Below, in pieces: positions 39,771 to 49,148 of a DNA stretch of 64,000 nt. The DNA is from Bdellovibrionales bacterium (GTDB lineage Bacteria; Bdellovibrionota; Bdellovibrionia; Bdellovibrionales; UBA1609). The notes under the pieces are model-generated. The model ran no database searches and was not told where the DNA came from. It saw only the letters and a program-made list of their open reading frames with translations. Position 1 is the first letter of the stretch, and the number at the start of each line of letters is the position of its first letter. The DNA lies in NCBI GenBank assembly GCA_965199825.1, contig OZ241329.1:1984001-2048000 (forward strand), written 5' to 3'. Position numbers and translations under genes: made by a program.

Positions 39771-42188
39771 TTAGGCCTCCTTGGCCTTTTGTAACGCGTA
39801 GTTTTCCCTAAAATAAGCGCGGGCAAATTTAGTAAAGTGATCACTAATGCCAAAATACATCACCGAGCAAAGGAAGAACCCTTTTTTGTTTGGATGGTCC
39901 TCGCAACGATAAAATCTGGCAGCAAGCATTCCACCTGGGGCATTATCAAAAATCGATTTATGGAGAAATAAAACCACTCCAGGAGTGATTGGCCGTTTAT
40001 GGCAAAGGGTCGCTCCAAATTCCGAAATTTCCTCGAGCAAAATATCTGCAGCCATGTGAATAGGGAGCTGCACCGGGAACCATTCGATATTTTCAAAGCA
40101 GTAAAGAGTGTGTTCGCTCTTTGTCCAAAATGAGATCGAAAACAGCAAGGTTTTTGTATCGATCGGTCGAGTCACAACCGATCGGATGGAGGGATGCTCG
40201 AATTGGCGCATGTCGGTCATTCTGGCTTCATCGGTTAAGATGATCACGTTGAGCTGAGAATTTTCGGGTAGTAAATTTTTTTCGCGAGCGGTTGTTTCAA
40301 AACCAGTGATAAAGCTGTGTGAGTCTTCGGGCAAAAAAGCGGCATCCAAAATAAGCGCATCAATGCGGTCAAGTTTCTGCTCGGCTTTTCTCCTTTTTTG
40401 TAACAGCTCATGAGGTGGAATTTCAAAAGTCAGCTCCACATGATCGGGACTTTTAATTTCTATTTTAAGATAAACTGAGCAGGTGGTGGAGTAAGCTGTT
40501 TTTACGGTCAGCAGTCGAAACAGCGGGTTTTGAATTTCGCTTAAAGATAAAGACTCTCTAAAAATTTGCTCGAGATCTTCGTCACCAAAAAGTAAAGAAA
40601 TAAAATTGTCTTTGCCGATAAACTCTTTTGCCTTAAAGCCAAAAAAAGTGGTGTCTTCTTGTAGTGGGACCGAAAAGTTTTCGACTGTGAGTTTCGCCCG
40701 CTTTAAGACCAAACAAACTCGATCAATAATCAGATCGTCGATGGTGCAAGGCTCTGCAATTCTCTGATTTTTTTTTGCGTTCTGGCCAAAGTAGTTTTCT
40801 AAAAGTCGCATGTACGAAGATTCTCGAATCACTTTAACTTGTTCTAAATCTTTTTGAATTGTTTCGGCCGTGTGATCGAGTCGCTCTTCGACCGAATCGA
40901 CAATCAAAATTTGGCGGGGCCTGCGGGCTTCGACTTCGGCAAAAAGATCATAAGGGTTAAATGCGAATTCCTTAGGGTCGGTTTTGGTAAGAGCTTTATA
41001 TTCGGCAAAGCTCATCAAAAATTTACGAATGGCTTTGATCTGTTTTGTGGTCAAGCCAATATAGGCAATGTACGTCTCATAAGTTTGATCCTCGCTTTTT
41101 TCATTTTTTAAAACTTTGCCATGAAGATGAATCGGCTCGGACTCTTTTGGGAATTTTAAATAAAACGAAGTGAGGATGCCTTCGGTCAAGGGCACCCGGT
41201 TATTGAGCACAACTCCCACTTCAGACATCTTTGTGATCACCGCCCGCTTTGAAATTTCGATCGGGATTTTTGCAGGCTGCTGAAATAAAAATCGGGGCGA
41301 TGTGCGTTTTGGCAAATTTAAAAGAATATCGATTTTTTGTAAGAACAATGGGCGATCAATGGGCAAATGGATCACATCATCGATGCGTGGAAATATAAAA
41401 TCTGTGGCCTGTTTGCCGTCATCTTCGTACTTCATTGCCACAAAATGGGTGACTGTATCGGGAGGATAGTAATTCATGGTCTTACAAGTGCGAAACACCG
41501 ACTCCACCCACTGTAGAGTTTTTGGAGGCACACAGCTTGTTCGAAATAAAATCAAGTGAATGGTGGAGAAGGCTTTTTTATCTTTGTCGTTCGAGCGAAT
41601 TTCGAGCTGACGTTTGCGTTCAATCTCGAGACTTGAAGCCACCTTTGCATTTTGGTTCGTAACCGTACAAAGGATGCGCTCATTGGGTTGCAAAGTCATA
41701 TTGACCTGCACAAAGTTAAATACTTTTTGTTGTGCTAGCGGAATATAGATTGTGCTTAACTGATTTTGTTTCAAATTCTGTAAGACATTTTCAAACCGTT
41801 TACGAAAAAACATCGGAATTAAGGCATTAAACGCCAGACGCTGACCAATCAGCTGCGATCTTTCAACGCCCAAAATTTTGCCATCAATTGGTTTTTCGAT
41901 GCTCTCGATAACGTCGCCACCTTTTTGAAAGGTGAGTTGAATTTCATAAAAGGGTTCGGAATTGAGGTCGGTCTCTACCAAATATTTTTGCTCATCCTCA
42001 TCAAAGGGTTTGAGCAAAGGGTCGGCTTCAAATGGCTTTATATTTACTGTGGTAGTGCAAAAGGCTTGGTTAAATTCTTCGGCTGAGTCAAAGACCGCAA
42101 ATTGCACATCATCTGCAATTTCTTTGAGGAGTTGTTGAACCTGTTGTCGGATTCGTTTGTCATTTTCTATGAGAATAATACCAGCCAT
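39771..42188 (-). CDS. Internally duplicated REC-like/PilZ-like signalling protein
   Basis: Two REC-like starts (IILIEND, ILIVDS), two P(I)D motifs and two PilZ-like SExG segments (KMSEVG, EISEFG). Confidence 0.6.
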   Translation of the reverse strand: MAGIILIENDKRIRQQVQQLLKEIADDVQFAVFDSAEEFNQAFCTTTVNIKPFEADPLLKPFDEDEQKYLVETDLNSEPFYEIQLTFQKGGDVIESIEKPIDGKILGVERSQLIGQRLAFNALIPMFFRKRFENVLQNLKQNQLSTIYIPLAQQKVFNFVQVNMTLQPNERILCTVTNQNAKVASSLEIERKRQLEIRSNDKDKKAFSTIHLILFRTSCVPPKTLQWVESVFRTCKTMNYYPPDTVTHFVAMKYEDDGKQATDFIFPRIDDVIHLPIDRPLFLQKIDILLNLPKRTSPRFLFQQPAKIPIEISKRAVITKMSEVGVVLNNRVPLTEGILTSFYLKFPKESEPIHLHGKVLKNEKSEDQTYETYIAYIGLTTKQIKAIRKFLMSFAEYKALTKTDPKEFAFNPYDLFAEVEARRPRQILIVDSVEERLDHTAETIQKDLEQVKVIRESSYMRLLENYFGQNAKKNQRIAEPCTIDDLIIDRVCLVLKRAKLTVENFSVPLQEDTTFFGFKAKEFIGKDNFISLLFGDEDLEQIFRESLSLSEIQNPLFRLLTVKTAYSTTCSVYLKIEIKSPDHVELTFEIPPHELLQKRRKAEQKLDRIDALILDAAFLPEDSHSFITGFETTAREKNLLPENSQLNVIILTDEARMTDMRQFEHPSIRSVVTRPIDTKTLLFSISFWTKSEHTLYCFENIEWFPVQLPIHMAADILLEEISEFGATLCHKRPITPGVVLFLHKSIFDNAPGGMLAARFYRCEDHPNKKGFFLCSVMYFGISDHFTKFARAYFRENYALQKAKEA

Positions 42189-42244
42189 GATCTTTATTAG
42201 ATCTTATGCTTCAGGCGAGAACAAGAGCCGTCTTCGACTTAAGT

Positions 42245-42844
42245 CTATGGGTAATATTGTTCAGCGCTCCAACCAAAACCGGTTTTGTTAAAGATGTATC
42301 GCTCGTGCAGCCTGAATTTATCGCCAATCCAGAACTCAATTTGTTCGGCCTCGATCCAATATCCGCCCCAGTGCTTAGGGCAAGGAACTGTGTTTTGATC
42401 AAACTCAATGCGGGCTTGATCAAGTAAATGTTTAAGCTCAACCCCTTTTTCAAGGGGTGAACTTTGCTGCGAGATCAGTTGGGCCAGTTGCGATTCTTTG
42501 GGGCGAGTGCCCCAGTAATCAACCGACTCTTGTCGAGAGCACTTGGTCACTTTGCCCCGGATATGAATTTGTTTAAAAAGGGGATCCCAATAAAAAGTAG
42601 CAGAGATTTTGGGATTGGACTCAAGCTCTCGTCCTTTGCGAGAATTGTAGTTGCTAAAAAATAAAAATCGCTCGCTCAAGTTTTTTTTGAGCAATACTGT
42701 GCGCGTCGACGGTTGACCGCTCAAGTCCACTGTTGCCACAACCATGGCGTTGGGTTCGCGTATACTCGAATGCGCGCGGGCTTCTTCTAACCAGATATTA
42801 AACAATGACCCAGGATTTTTTTCGGCTAAGATATTTGAACTCAT
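42245..42844 (-). CDS. pdxH: Pyridoxamine 5'-phosphate oxidase
   Basis: EPNAM..ATV...PS.R.VLLK, NYNSRKG, RP..SQ, P.HWGGY and IEFW. Confidence 0.94.
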   Translation of the reverse strand: MSSNILAEKNPGSLFNIWLEEARAHSSIREPNAMVVATVDLSGQPSTRTVLLKKNLSERFLFFSNYNSRKGRELESNPKISATFYWDPLFKQIHIRGKVTKCSRQESVDYWGTRPKESQLAQLISQQSSPLEKGVELKHLLDQARIEFDQNTVPCPKHWGGYWIEAEQIEFWIGDKFRLHERYIFNKTGFGWSAEQYYP

Positions 42845-42881
42845 AGTGATTCACTTATAGATTTTTTAAGGAGAACAGGCA

Positions 42882-43115
42882 ATGCAGGCGATTGAAGAAT
42901 TTGTTGCGGAAATCACATGGCTTCACGAACCCGATTACGGCGATTTTAAAAGAGCCGCAGGATTAAAGTTGTCGCGCTTAAGCTCTCAACTTCCAAAAAC
43001 CGATACGAACAAACAAATTCTTGATCAAATGAAGATGCACCTTGTGTATCACCCTTCAGGCGAAGTCGAGCCGACCCGTCATTTTCTAATTCAAAAAGCG
43101 GCCACATTGAAATGA
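42882..43115 (+). CDS. Small hypothetical protein
   Basis: Strong AAGGAG RBS; stop overlaps the ROK gene start. Confidence 0.65.
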   Translation: MQAIEEFVAEITWLHEPDYGDFKRAAGLKLSRLSSQLPKTDTNKQILDQMKMHLVYHPSGEVEPTRHFLIQKAATLK

Positions 43116-44053
43116 AAATCTTGTGTCTCGACATTGGTGGGACAAAAATCGCAAGCGCCATTGTCGATGATCAGATGCGCACAGCCGATGTCAAAGTCGA
43201 GCCCACTCCGGTGCACATCGGACCCCAAGCGGTACTTGATCAAATTACCGAAATCGCCAAACGCACCATCGAACGCTATAGCGGCATTGCGGGAGTGAGC
43301 ATTGCATCCGCAGGCCCCTTAGAACTCGAAACAGGCTCATGGCTTTCGCCCACAAATTTTTTAACCAACGGCAAACCTTGGGGGCGTGTTGAACTTGTTC
43401 GACCGTTGCGCGAAGTCTTGGGCGTACCCGTTTTTTTAGAAAACGATGCGGCGTGTGCCGCCCTTGGCGAATTTGCGTTAGAAAAAAAATATCGCAGCAT
43501 TGCGGTGATTACACTTGGAACCGGTGTGGGCATCGGCGTGATCGTCAATGGGGAACTCGTTCGAAAAGATTTGTATGAACATCCCGAAGTCAGTCACATT
43601 CCGCTTTATGCGGGCGGAGCCATTTGCGAGTGCGGGCTCTCAGGTTGCATCGAAGCTTATTTGGCCTCCACCCATTTTGCGAGGCGCTTGAGTGAATCCC
43701 AAAAAACTTGGCTCAAAACGGGAGACGTGGTCAACGCAGCCCGAGTGGGGGAGCGCTGGGCGCTTGAAGCTTTTGATTTGTACGCCGAACATTTGGCCCA
43801 AACATTTATGATTCTAAAAACACTCTACCAACCCCAAATGATTGCGGTGTCGGGTGGGCTTGCCGCAATTTCTGAGATGTATTATCCAAAAGCGATTGAG
43901 CGCTTTGAACAGATGCGAGCCAAGATGCAAAGTGCATCAGCTCCTGTGGAGTTTAAAGTCTCACCCCACACCTATGAACTCAGTTTGTTCGGTGCGGCCG
44001 CAAAGGCGTTTCGAATGATTAGTGATTCTCCGGTGCAAAGAATCGCGACTTAG
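43112..44053 (+). CDS. ROK-family sugar kinase
   Basis: LDIGGTK, LENDA.CAALGE, TLGTGVGIG and CECG..GCIEAY. Confidence 0.92.
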   Translation: MKILCLDIGGTKIASAIVDDQMRTADVKVEPTPVHIGPQAVLDQITEIAKRTIERYSGIAGVSIASAGPLELETGSWLSPTNFLTNGKPWGRVELVRPLREVLGVPVFLENDAACAALGEFALEKKYRSIAVITLGTGVGIGVIVNGELVRKDLYEHPEVSHIPLYAGGAICECGLSGCIEAYLASTHFARRLSESQKTWLKTGDVVNAARVGERWALEAFDLYAEHLAQTFMILKTLYQPQMIAVSGGLAAISEMYYPKAIERFEQMRAKMQSASAPVEFKVSPHTYELSLFGAAAKAFRMISDSPVQRIAT

Positions 44054-47000
44054 TTAGTTGGCTCGTGCCGATCTCGCTAAAGAACATTTGTTTTCAATAT
44101 CTTTTTTTGAATCGACAATTGTTTGGATCAAGATTGCGGGATCGCCCACTTGAAACTGTTGGTTTCGCGCCCAGCGATTGTAATCGTCAAAACTTAACCA
44201 AACAGGCGTATTGTCTTCTTTGGGAGTTACAAACCAACCAAAAACTTTTTCAAAAGTTGAAGGTCCTTTGAAGACGCTCTTTGCCATTCGAATCTGGGCA
44301 TTTTGATCTTTATCAAAATCGATTCGGTACACACGATCAATCGATCGGCTTGCCACCGTCATTTTGGAGATACGTCCCGAGCTGTCATTCAAAAAATGAA
44401 ACCGAACCCCATTATCGTGAGATGAGCGGGTAATTTCGCGGGCTGATTTTTCTAAACACGATTTATTGTCTACAGTTTGTTGATCCTCTTCGGGCGCAGT
44501 CACTTCGGTTTCAATATTTGAAACTTGTGTTGACGGTGAGGAATCATCAAATTCCTGTAAGTCTGGATCTTCATCAAAATTGTGATTGCGTCGATCAAAA
44601 TTTCTTGGATCAAGCATATTGATTCGGATGCGATAATTCATCAACTCAGCCAGATTTTGATAACTGTTGCGAATCACAGTGCTAAACAAAACATATTGAT
44701 AGGCATCTTTGATCAAATCATCTTCGAGATACATCAAGTTTGCTCGAGCTTTACCATCGGCAAAGACCTGTCCATCGGCATGCAGCCCCTGAACAATGGG
44801 GGCGAAGCGATCGATTTCTCTATAAAGAGCATTCTCAGAAGTGTCTTGGTTTCGATCTGTTTTGTAGGGCTTAAACAAGCCGCCGCCGGTATCGGCATTG
44901 ATCCGCATTTTGAGATTTTCAACAGTGGCCTTCAAGGCATCGACTTTTTCGGGTGTTTGACCGGCCTGAAGTTGGTTTGTCAAGAACGCTTGAAAGGCTT
45001 TTTGGTTATCAGAAATTTCAGAGTTGAGGTCTCTGATCTCTTGAGGTTTGACATAGTCAGGGCGAACCTTTGCCGAGCCCAACATCTTAAATACTTTTTC
45101 GTATGTAGCGCTGAGCTTGACCATGTGGCTCTCCCAAACGGCGATGCGATTGTCTTTTTGGTCAGGCGGACTTAATTTCTCCACAAATGTCTCGGCATCA
45201 TTGAGCAAATCAAAATAAAAATTGTTTTCTTGATAGACCGATTGAATCGCACCGTAGCCCAAACTGAAGTCTTGGCTCGAGCAATTGCCTTTATGGGTAA
45301 AGTTATTTTCAAATTTGGTCCCCCCATTTGAGGGCGACGGATTTTGAAAACAGCGAAACTCTTCATTGTAAAGTGCGGGCTTTAGATTTTGCTCAACAAG
45401 GTGCTTATACTCGGCCTCAAAAATTTTGTAGGCCGGAACAACTTGAGCCAAATACACATTTTGATGCCACCACTGTTCAAAAAAGTCGTGATTGCTTTGT
45501 GAAATAATATCGGGGCGAATATTTGCCTTAATATAGTCTACAAGGTTGCCATAATGAAAACCCGAACCGTCATGAAACGCGCCGGTCACGTCAAATATCT
45601 CAAATGCTTTATGAAGAGCTTTGTTATTGAGTTGGTAATCACAAATCGTTTGTTGACCGTCATGTTGGACAAGGCTTGGTGGTAAAAATTCGATTTCAGA
45701 ATATCGATGATCCCGAATCAAATTCTGATTTTGAATACCTTCGTTCACTTGATCAGGGTTTGGTCCACAGGCCGCCGACACAATTAAATACTCACCTAAG
45801 GTTGTGGGTTTGACGAGTTCCCAACTGTTTGGGGCCTCATAGGGTTTTGAAAAGCTATTGCTTTCAGCGCGAATGGTGGTGATCGTATTGTCCCAATTAA
45901 AAAGTTCAGAGGGCGATAATGATTGGCTGTTGGATTTTGCCTCTCTTTCATCAGCAATTTTTTTAACAATTTGTTGATAAAGCGCGTAGGACTGATCATA
46001 AGCCGTCTGAAATCGTGCAATTTTAGCTGCCCACTGTTGGATGGCCGCGGTGGACCCCCCAAGTTGAAGATTGCGCCAGGCGTAGGTGCGTTGCTGCATT
46101 CTTTCGATCAACAAAGCCAGTTTATAACTTTCAAATCCATGAAATTGGTGGTCCCGAGCGGCACGGTAGTAATCCTGCACATTCGAAAAGTTTTGCTGCA
46201 AGGTTGATCCTAAGGGATCTTTTGAAAAGGCAAGGCTCCAGGTTGTGGCGAACCGTTCGGTAAACCATTTTTGCAGTGGAAGTAAGTTTGTGACTTTATT
46301 TACGGTTTGAAAAACAACGTAACTCCCCACCAAAAAAATCATCCCATAACCAAAGCGTCCCATCGCTCGTACGGTGGGAGATTTCAAAAATGCATTCGGT
46401 TTGAGTTTTAAATTGGCAAGAAAAGTGTTCGACAATTTATTGAACAAAAAAGGTGAGACCCACTGACGAACAGCATAACTTAATCCAAAATAAACACCTG
46501 TTGAGAGCATCATGTTGGTGATACTTGGAACCAAATCATTGAGGTATTGACCATTCATCCAGTTATTTCGAAAGGTGTACCAAGCTTCATCACATTTTGA
46601 GGCATCGCGCTCCCAATTGAGAGTGACAATTTTTTTCGCACTAAAGAGGCCATAGCACTGCTTCATCGATTCTTCGCTAAACATCACCCGCGAAACATCG
46701 GCTGCAACCGTGGCCGCAAATAATATCCCCGCCGTAGGGACAAGAGCTCCGAATCCGCCCTGACTTAACCGTTCTTTATAAATGTAACTACCAAAACCCG
46801 CGACAAAGCCATAGCCGGCAAGGACAAGATACAGTACGGGATTGTCCCAAGAGTTTTTAAAATCGGAGAGACTCATTGGATTGTCTTGATGATCCAATGT
46901 TGCAGCAAGACCTGCCATAATTCCCATGGATAAATAAAATGAAGTTCCCATTCGGCTTATATTGCGAACGGGTTGAACAGGGCCGGAATTCCAGGTGCGT

Positions 47001-47530
47001 TCAACAAAGCTGGGCATCTTGAGTCGTGAGGATCTTGGGTTTGAATTTTTCGATGCAGTGACCGGAGTTTTGGGGACGGGCCTTGCAATCAGGCGAGCTG
47101 ATTTTTTGTCTTTGGACAAAATGGCTTCAAATGGTTCACCACTCTCATAGAACCCAATAACTCGGTTCGGTTCGGTTGGGGTCGGAGCAAGTTCAACATT
47201 TAAAACCTTATTGTTCGGCATCTTCACGTCTGTAATAATATTTTTTGGAGCCCGAGTATTTGAAGGCTTCTCAGATTCAATATCCAAAGAAATGGCTTGT
47301 CCGCTGTCAATCAAAACGCCACGAACGCTGTGACCGTCACGATCCCAAGAAACCAGAGGTCGATTTGTTTCAGGATCTACGCCTTCAATTACCATGACGT
47401 TTTTAGGTCCATCCGGTGTGTTTACTTTTAAAAGATTTTGACCAAGCTCAAATTCTTCAGCATAGGTTTTTGCTGGCAGATTCACAGCGATCAAAGACAA
47501 AACTAAAATTCGACTAATTAAAATCTTCAT
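44054..47530 (-). CDS. Large exported protein with a cluster of hydrophobic helices
   Basis: Signal peptide MKILISRILVLSLIAVNLPAKTYA; about 5 Gly-rich hydrophobic segments at aa ~190-410; start overlaps the upstream gene. Confidence 0.75.
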   Translation of the reverse strand: MKILISRILVLSLIAVNLPAKTYAEEFELGQNLLKVNTPDGPKNVMVIEGVDPETNRPLVSWDRDGHSVRGVLIDSGQAISLDIESEKPSNTRAPKNIITDVKMPNNKVLNVELAPTPTEPNRVIGFYESGEPFEAILSKDKKSARLIARPVPKTPVTASKNSNPRSSRLKMPSFVERTWNSGPVQPVRNISRMGTSFYLSMGIMAGLAATLDHQDNPMSLSDFKNSWDNPVLYLVLAGYGFVAGFGSYIYKERLSQGGFGALVPTAGILFAATVAADVSRVMFSEESMKQCYGLFSAKKIVTLNWERDASKCDEAWYTFRNNWMNGQYLNDLVPSITNMMLSTGVYFGLSYAVRQWVSPFLFNKLSNTFLANLKLKPNAFLKSPTVRAMGRFGYGMIFLVGSYVVFQTVNKVTNLLPLQKWFTERFATTWSLAFSKDPLGSTLQQNFSNVQDYYRAARDHQFHGFESYKLALLIERMQQRTYAWRNLQLGGSTAAIQQWAAKIARFQTAYDQSYALYQQIVKKIADEREAKSNSQSLSPSELFNWDNTITTIRAESNSFSKPYEAPNSWELVKPTTLGEYLIVSAACGPNPDQVNEGIQNQNLIRDHRYSEIEFLPPSLVQHDGQQTICDYQLNNKALHKAFEIFDVTGAFHDGSGFHYGNLVDYIKANIRPDIISQSNHDFFEQWWHQNVYLAQVVPAYKIFEAEYKHLVEQNLKPALYNEEFRCFQNPSPSNGGTKFENNFTHKGNCSSQDFSLGYGAIQSVYQENNFYFDLLNDAETFVEKLSPPDQKDNRIAVWESHMVKLSATYEKVFKMLGSAKVRPDYVKPQEIRDLNSEISDNQKAFQAFLTNQLQAGQTPEKVDALKATVENLKMRINADTGGGLFKPYKTDRNQDTSENALYREIDRFAPIVQGLHADGQVFADGKARANLMYLEDDLIKDAYQYVLFSTVIRNSYQNLAELMNYRIRINMLDPRNFDRRNHNFDEDPDLQEFDDSSPSTQVSNIETEVTAPEEDQQTVDNKSCLEKSAREITRSSHDNGVRFHFLNDSSGRISKMTVASRSIDRVYRIDFDKDQNAQIRMAKSVFKGPSTFEKVFGWFVTPKEDNTPVWLSFDDYNRWARNQQFQVGDPAILIQTIVDSKKDIENKCSLARSARAN

Positions 47531-49148
47531 CTGCGCTCTCCGTGACATTTGTGACGCCCGAATCTACAACCCAATCGCGAACTTTTTGGTCCTTGTATCC
47601 GAACATATAAAAACCATTTATGATCGTCTCAAGCTCATTGCGATCAAAGGTCTCAACGCTTTCTAAATTCATAGATTTCATTTGCTCAAAACAAAGTGTC
47701 GTAAACAATTTGAGTAGCACCGCTTTGCCCTCGGCATTGTGTGCAAGATGTGAAGTGATTAAGTCGTTTGGAGTTTTAAGTGAGAGCTCAATTAGTTTTT
47801 GTTCTTCAAAAGAAATAGCATTGAGTGTCGCCTTTGCTTCAGTCCACATTTCTGGATCGATACGTGATCGCAATTCATTATTCTGTTGTTTTGCATCAAG
47901 ATACTCTTTGGATTGAGCTCCGTAGCTCTGAAGATAGGTTTTCATTTCATTTTCGCTGCGAGACTTTTGAGAGTAGAGGTTATAGATACGCTCGCTGTGA
48001 ATTGTAATCATCGAATCCAAAAGATCGCGACGTTTGCTCAGCTGATATTCAAGCGCTTTGTTGGAATCATATCCACGAGCTCCATCAGTTGAGCGCTCAA
48101 TAATTTTTTGAATTGCCCAATCATTTCGCAACATCGCTTGCTCACGATCGATAAGCCTTACCTTTTGCACACCCCAGGTGAGTGAATCCTTATAACTCTG
48201 TGGTAAAAAGAAATGAACAATTCCGCCAACCACTCCAGTTGCGATAGCAAATGGAAGGCTCCCAGCAGCTGCAGGTGTCACAAACAATTCGAGTCCAACA
48301 CCCGCCCCAACCATCGCTTGGACCATGCTAATGAACTCACCCGTGAGAATTGAGTTACGTAGAGTGTAGTCGATCCAATGATCGCGAAGTTCTGGATTGG
48401 CAACCAAGATCAGCTCGGCGTTGTTGATCAGCATCTTGAACAATCGTTTTTCTTCTGTGTTGCCAAGACCTGAAGTCATCTTCCAGAAACTTAAATTTTT
48501 AGCGGCAACACGATCATCGGGATCTTCGATCAGATCTGCAGACATTCGAAAAAAACTCGCCACAAATTCCCAAGTAAAAAAGGCGGCGACCGAAGTTCCA
48601 AATTTAACAATGGCAATCTCTGCTACTGAGCGGATCAAAGGTGTTTGGAGTTTTTCGCTCAGACCTAAAAAGGAATGATAGATTTGAAGAGCCAGTGGAG
48701 AGCTTAATTTTCCTGCAACAATCGAAGCAGGGAGAGGTAAATAAATTTGAAAATTGTTGGTGGCATCCACAAAAGAATCTTTGACGATTCCGGCATACGA
48801 AGACGCCGGTGCATTTTTTAATTTTGAAACATTATAGTTTTCATAACTTGAATGGAAAACACTTAAGATAAAAACCATCGCGGCTGTTGAAACGCCGTGA
48901 GACGCTCCGCCCTTTAAAGGCTCTAAACGCTCATGTTGAGCAAACTCGCGGGCTTTTTTTAGAAGCTCTGGTTCTTGATCTTTTTTAAATCCGGCAAGCC
49001 GACTTGTGAGTCCAAAAAATTTTCCATGTTTATTATTGAGCGCGGTTAAAACCGGGCCAGGGGGCTCAAAGGTCCAAACGTTTCGGGCTTGCACTCCACT
49101 TGAGTACAGCTGTGCAAAAATAATTAAAAGAGAAAGACTACTTCGCAT
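47514..49148 (-). CDS. Exported helical protein with a hydrophobic hairpin and coiled coil
   Basis: Signal peptide ending VQA; MVGAGVGLELFVTPAAAGSLPFAIATGVVGGIVHFF; start overlaps the Clp-like gene stop. Confidence 0.75.
   Translation of the reverse strand: MRSSLSLLIIFAQLYSSGVQARNVWTFEPPGPVLTALNNKHGKFFGLTSRLAGFKKDQEPELLKKAREFAQHERLEPLKGGASHGVSTAAMVFILSVFHSSYENYNVSKLKNAPASSYAGIVKDSFVDATNNFQIYLPLPASIVAGKLSSPLALQIYHSFLGLSEKLQTPLIRSVAEIAIVKFGTSVAAFFTWEFVASFFRMSADLIEDPDDRVAAKNLSFWKMTSGLGNTEEKRLFKMLINNAELILVANPELRDHWIDYTLRNSILTGEFISMVQAMVGAGVGLELFVTPAAAGSLPFAIATGVVGGIVHFFLPQSYKDSLTWGVQKVRLIDREQAMLRNDWAIQKIIERSTDGARGYDSNKALEYQLSKRRDLLDSMITIHSERIYNLYSQKSRSENEMKTYLQSYGAQSKEYLDAKQQNNELRSRIDPEMWTEAKATLNAISFEEQKLIELSLKTPNDLITSHLAHNAEGKAVLLKLFTTLCFEQMKSMNLESVETFDRNELETIINGFYMFGYKDQKVRDWVVDSGVTNVTESADEDFN

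Noticed and set aside
44582..45175. 197-aa plus-strand ORF inside the large exported gene
   Set aside because: Antisense shadow with no motifs or clear RBS
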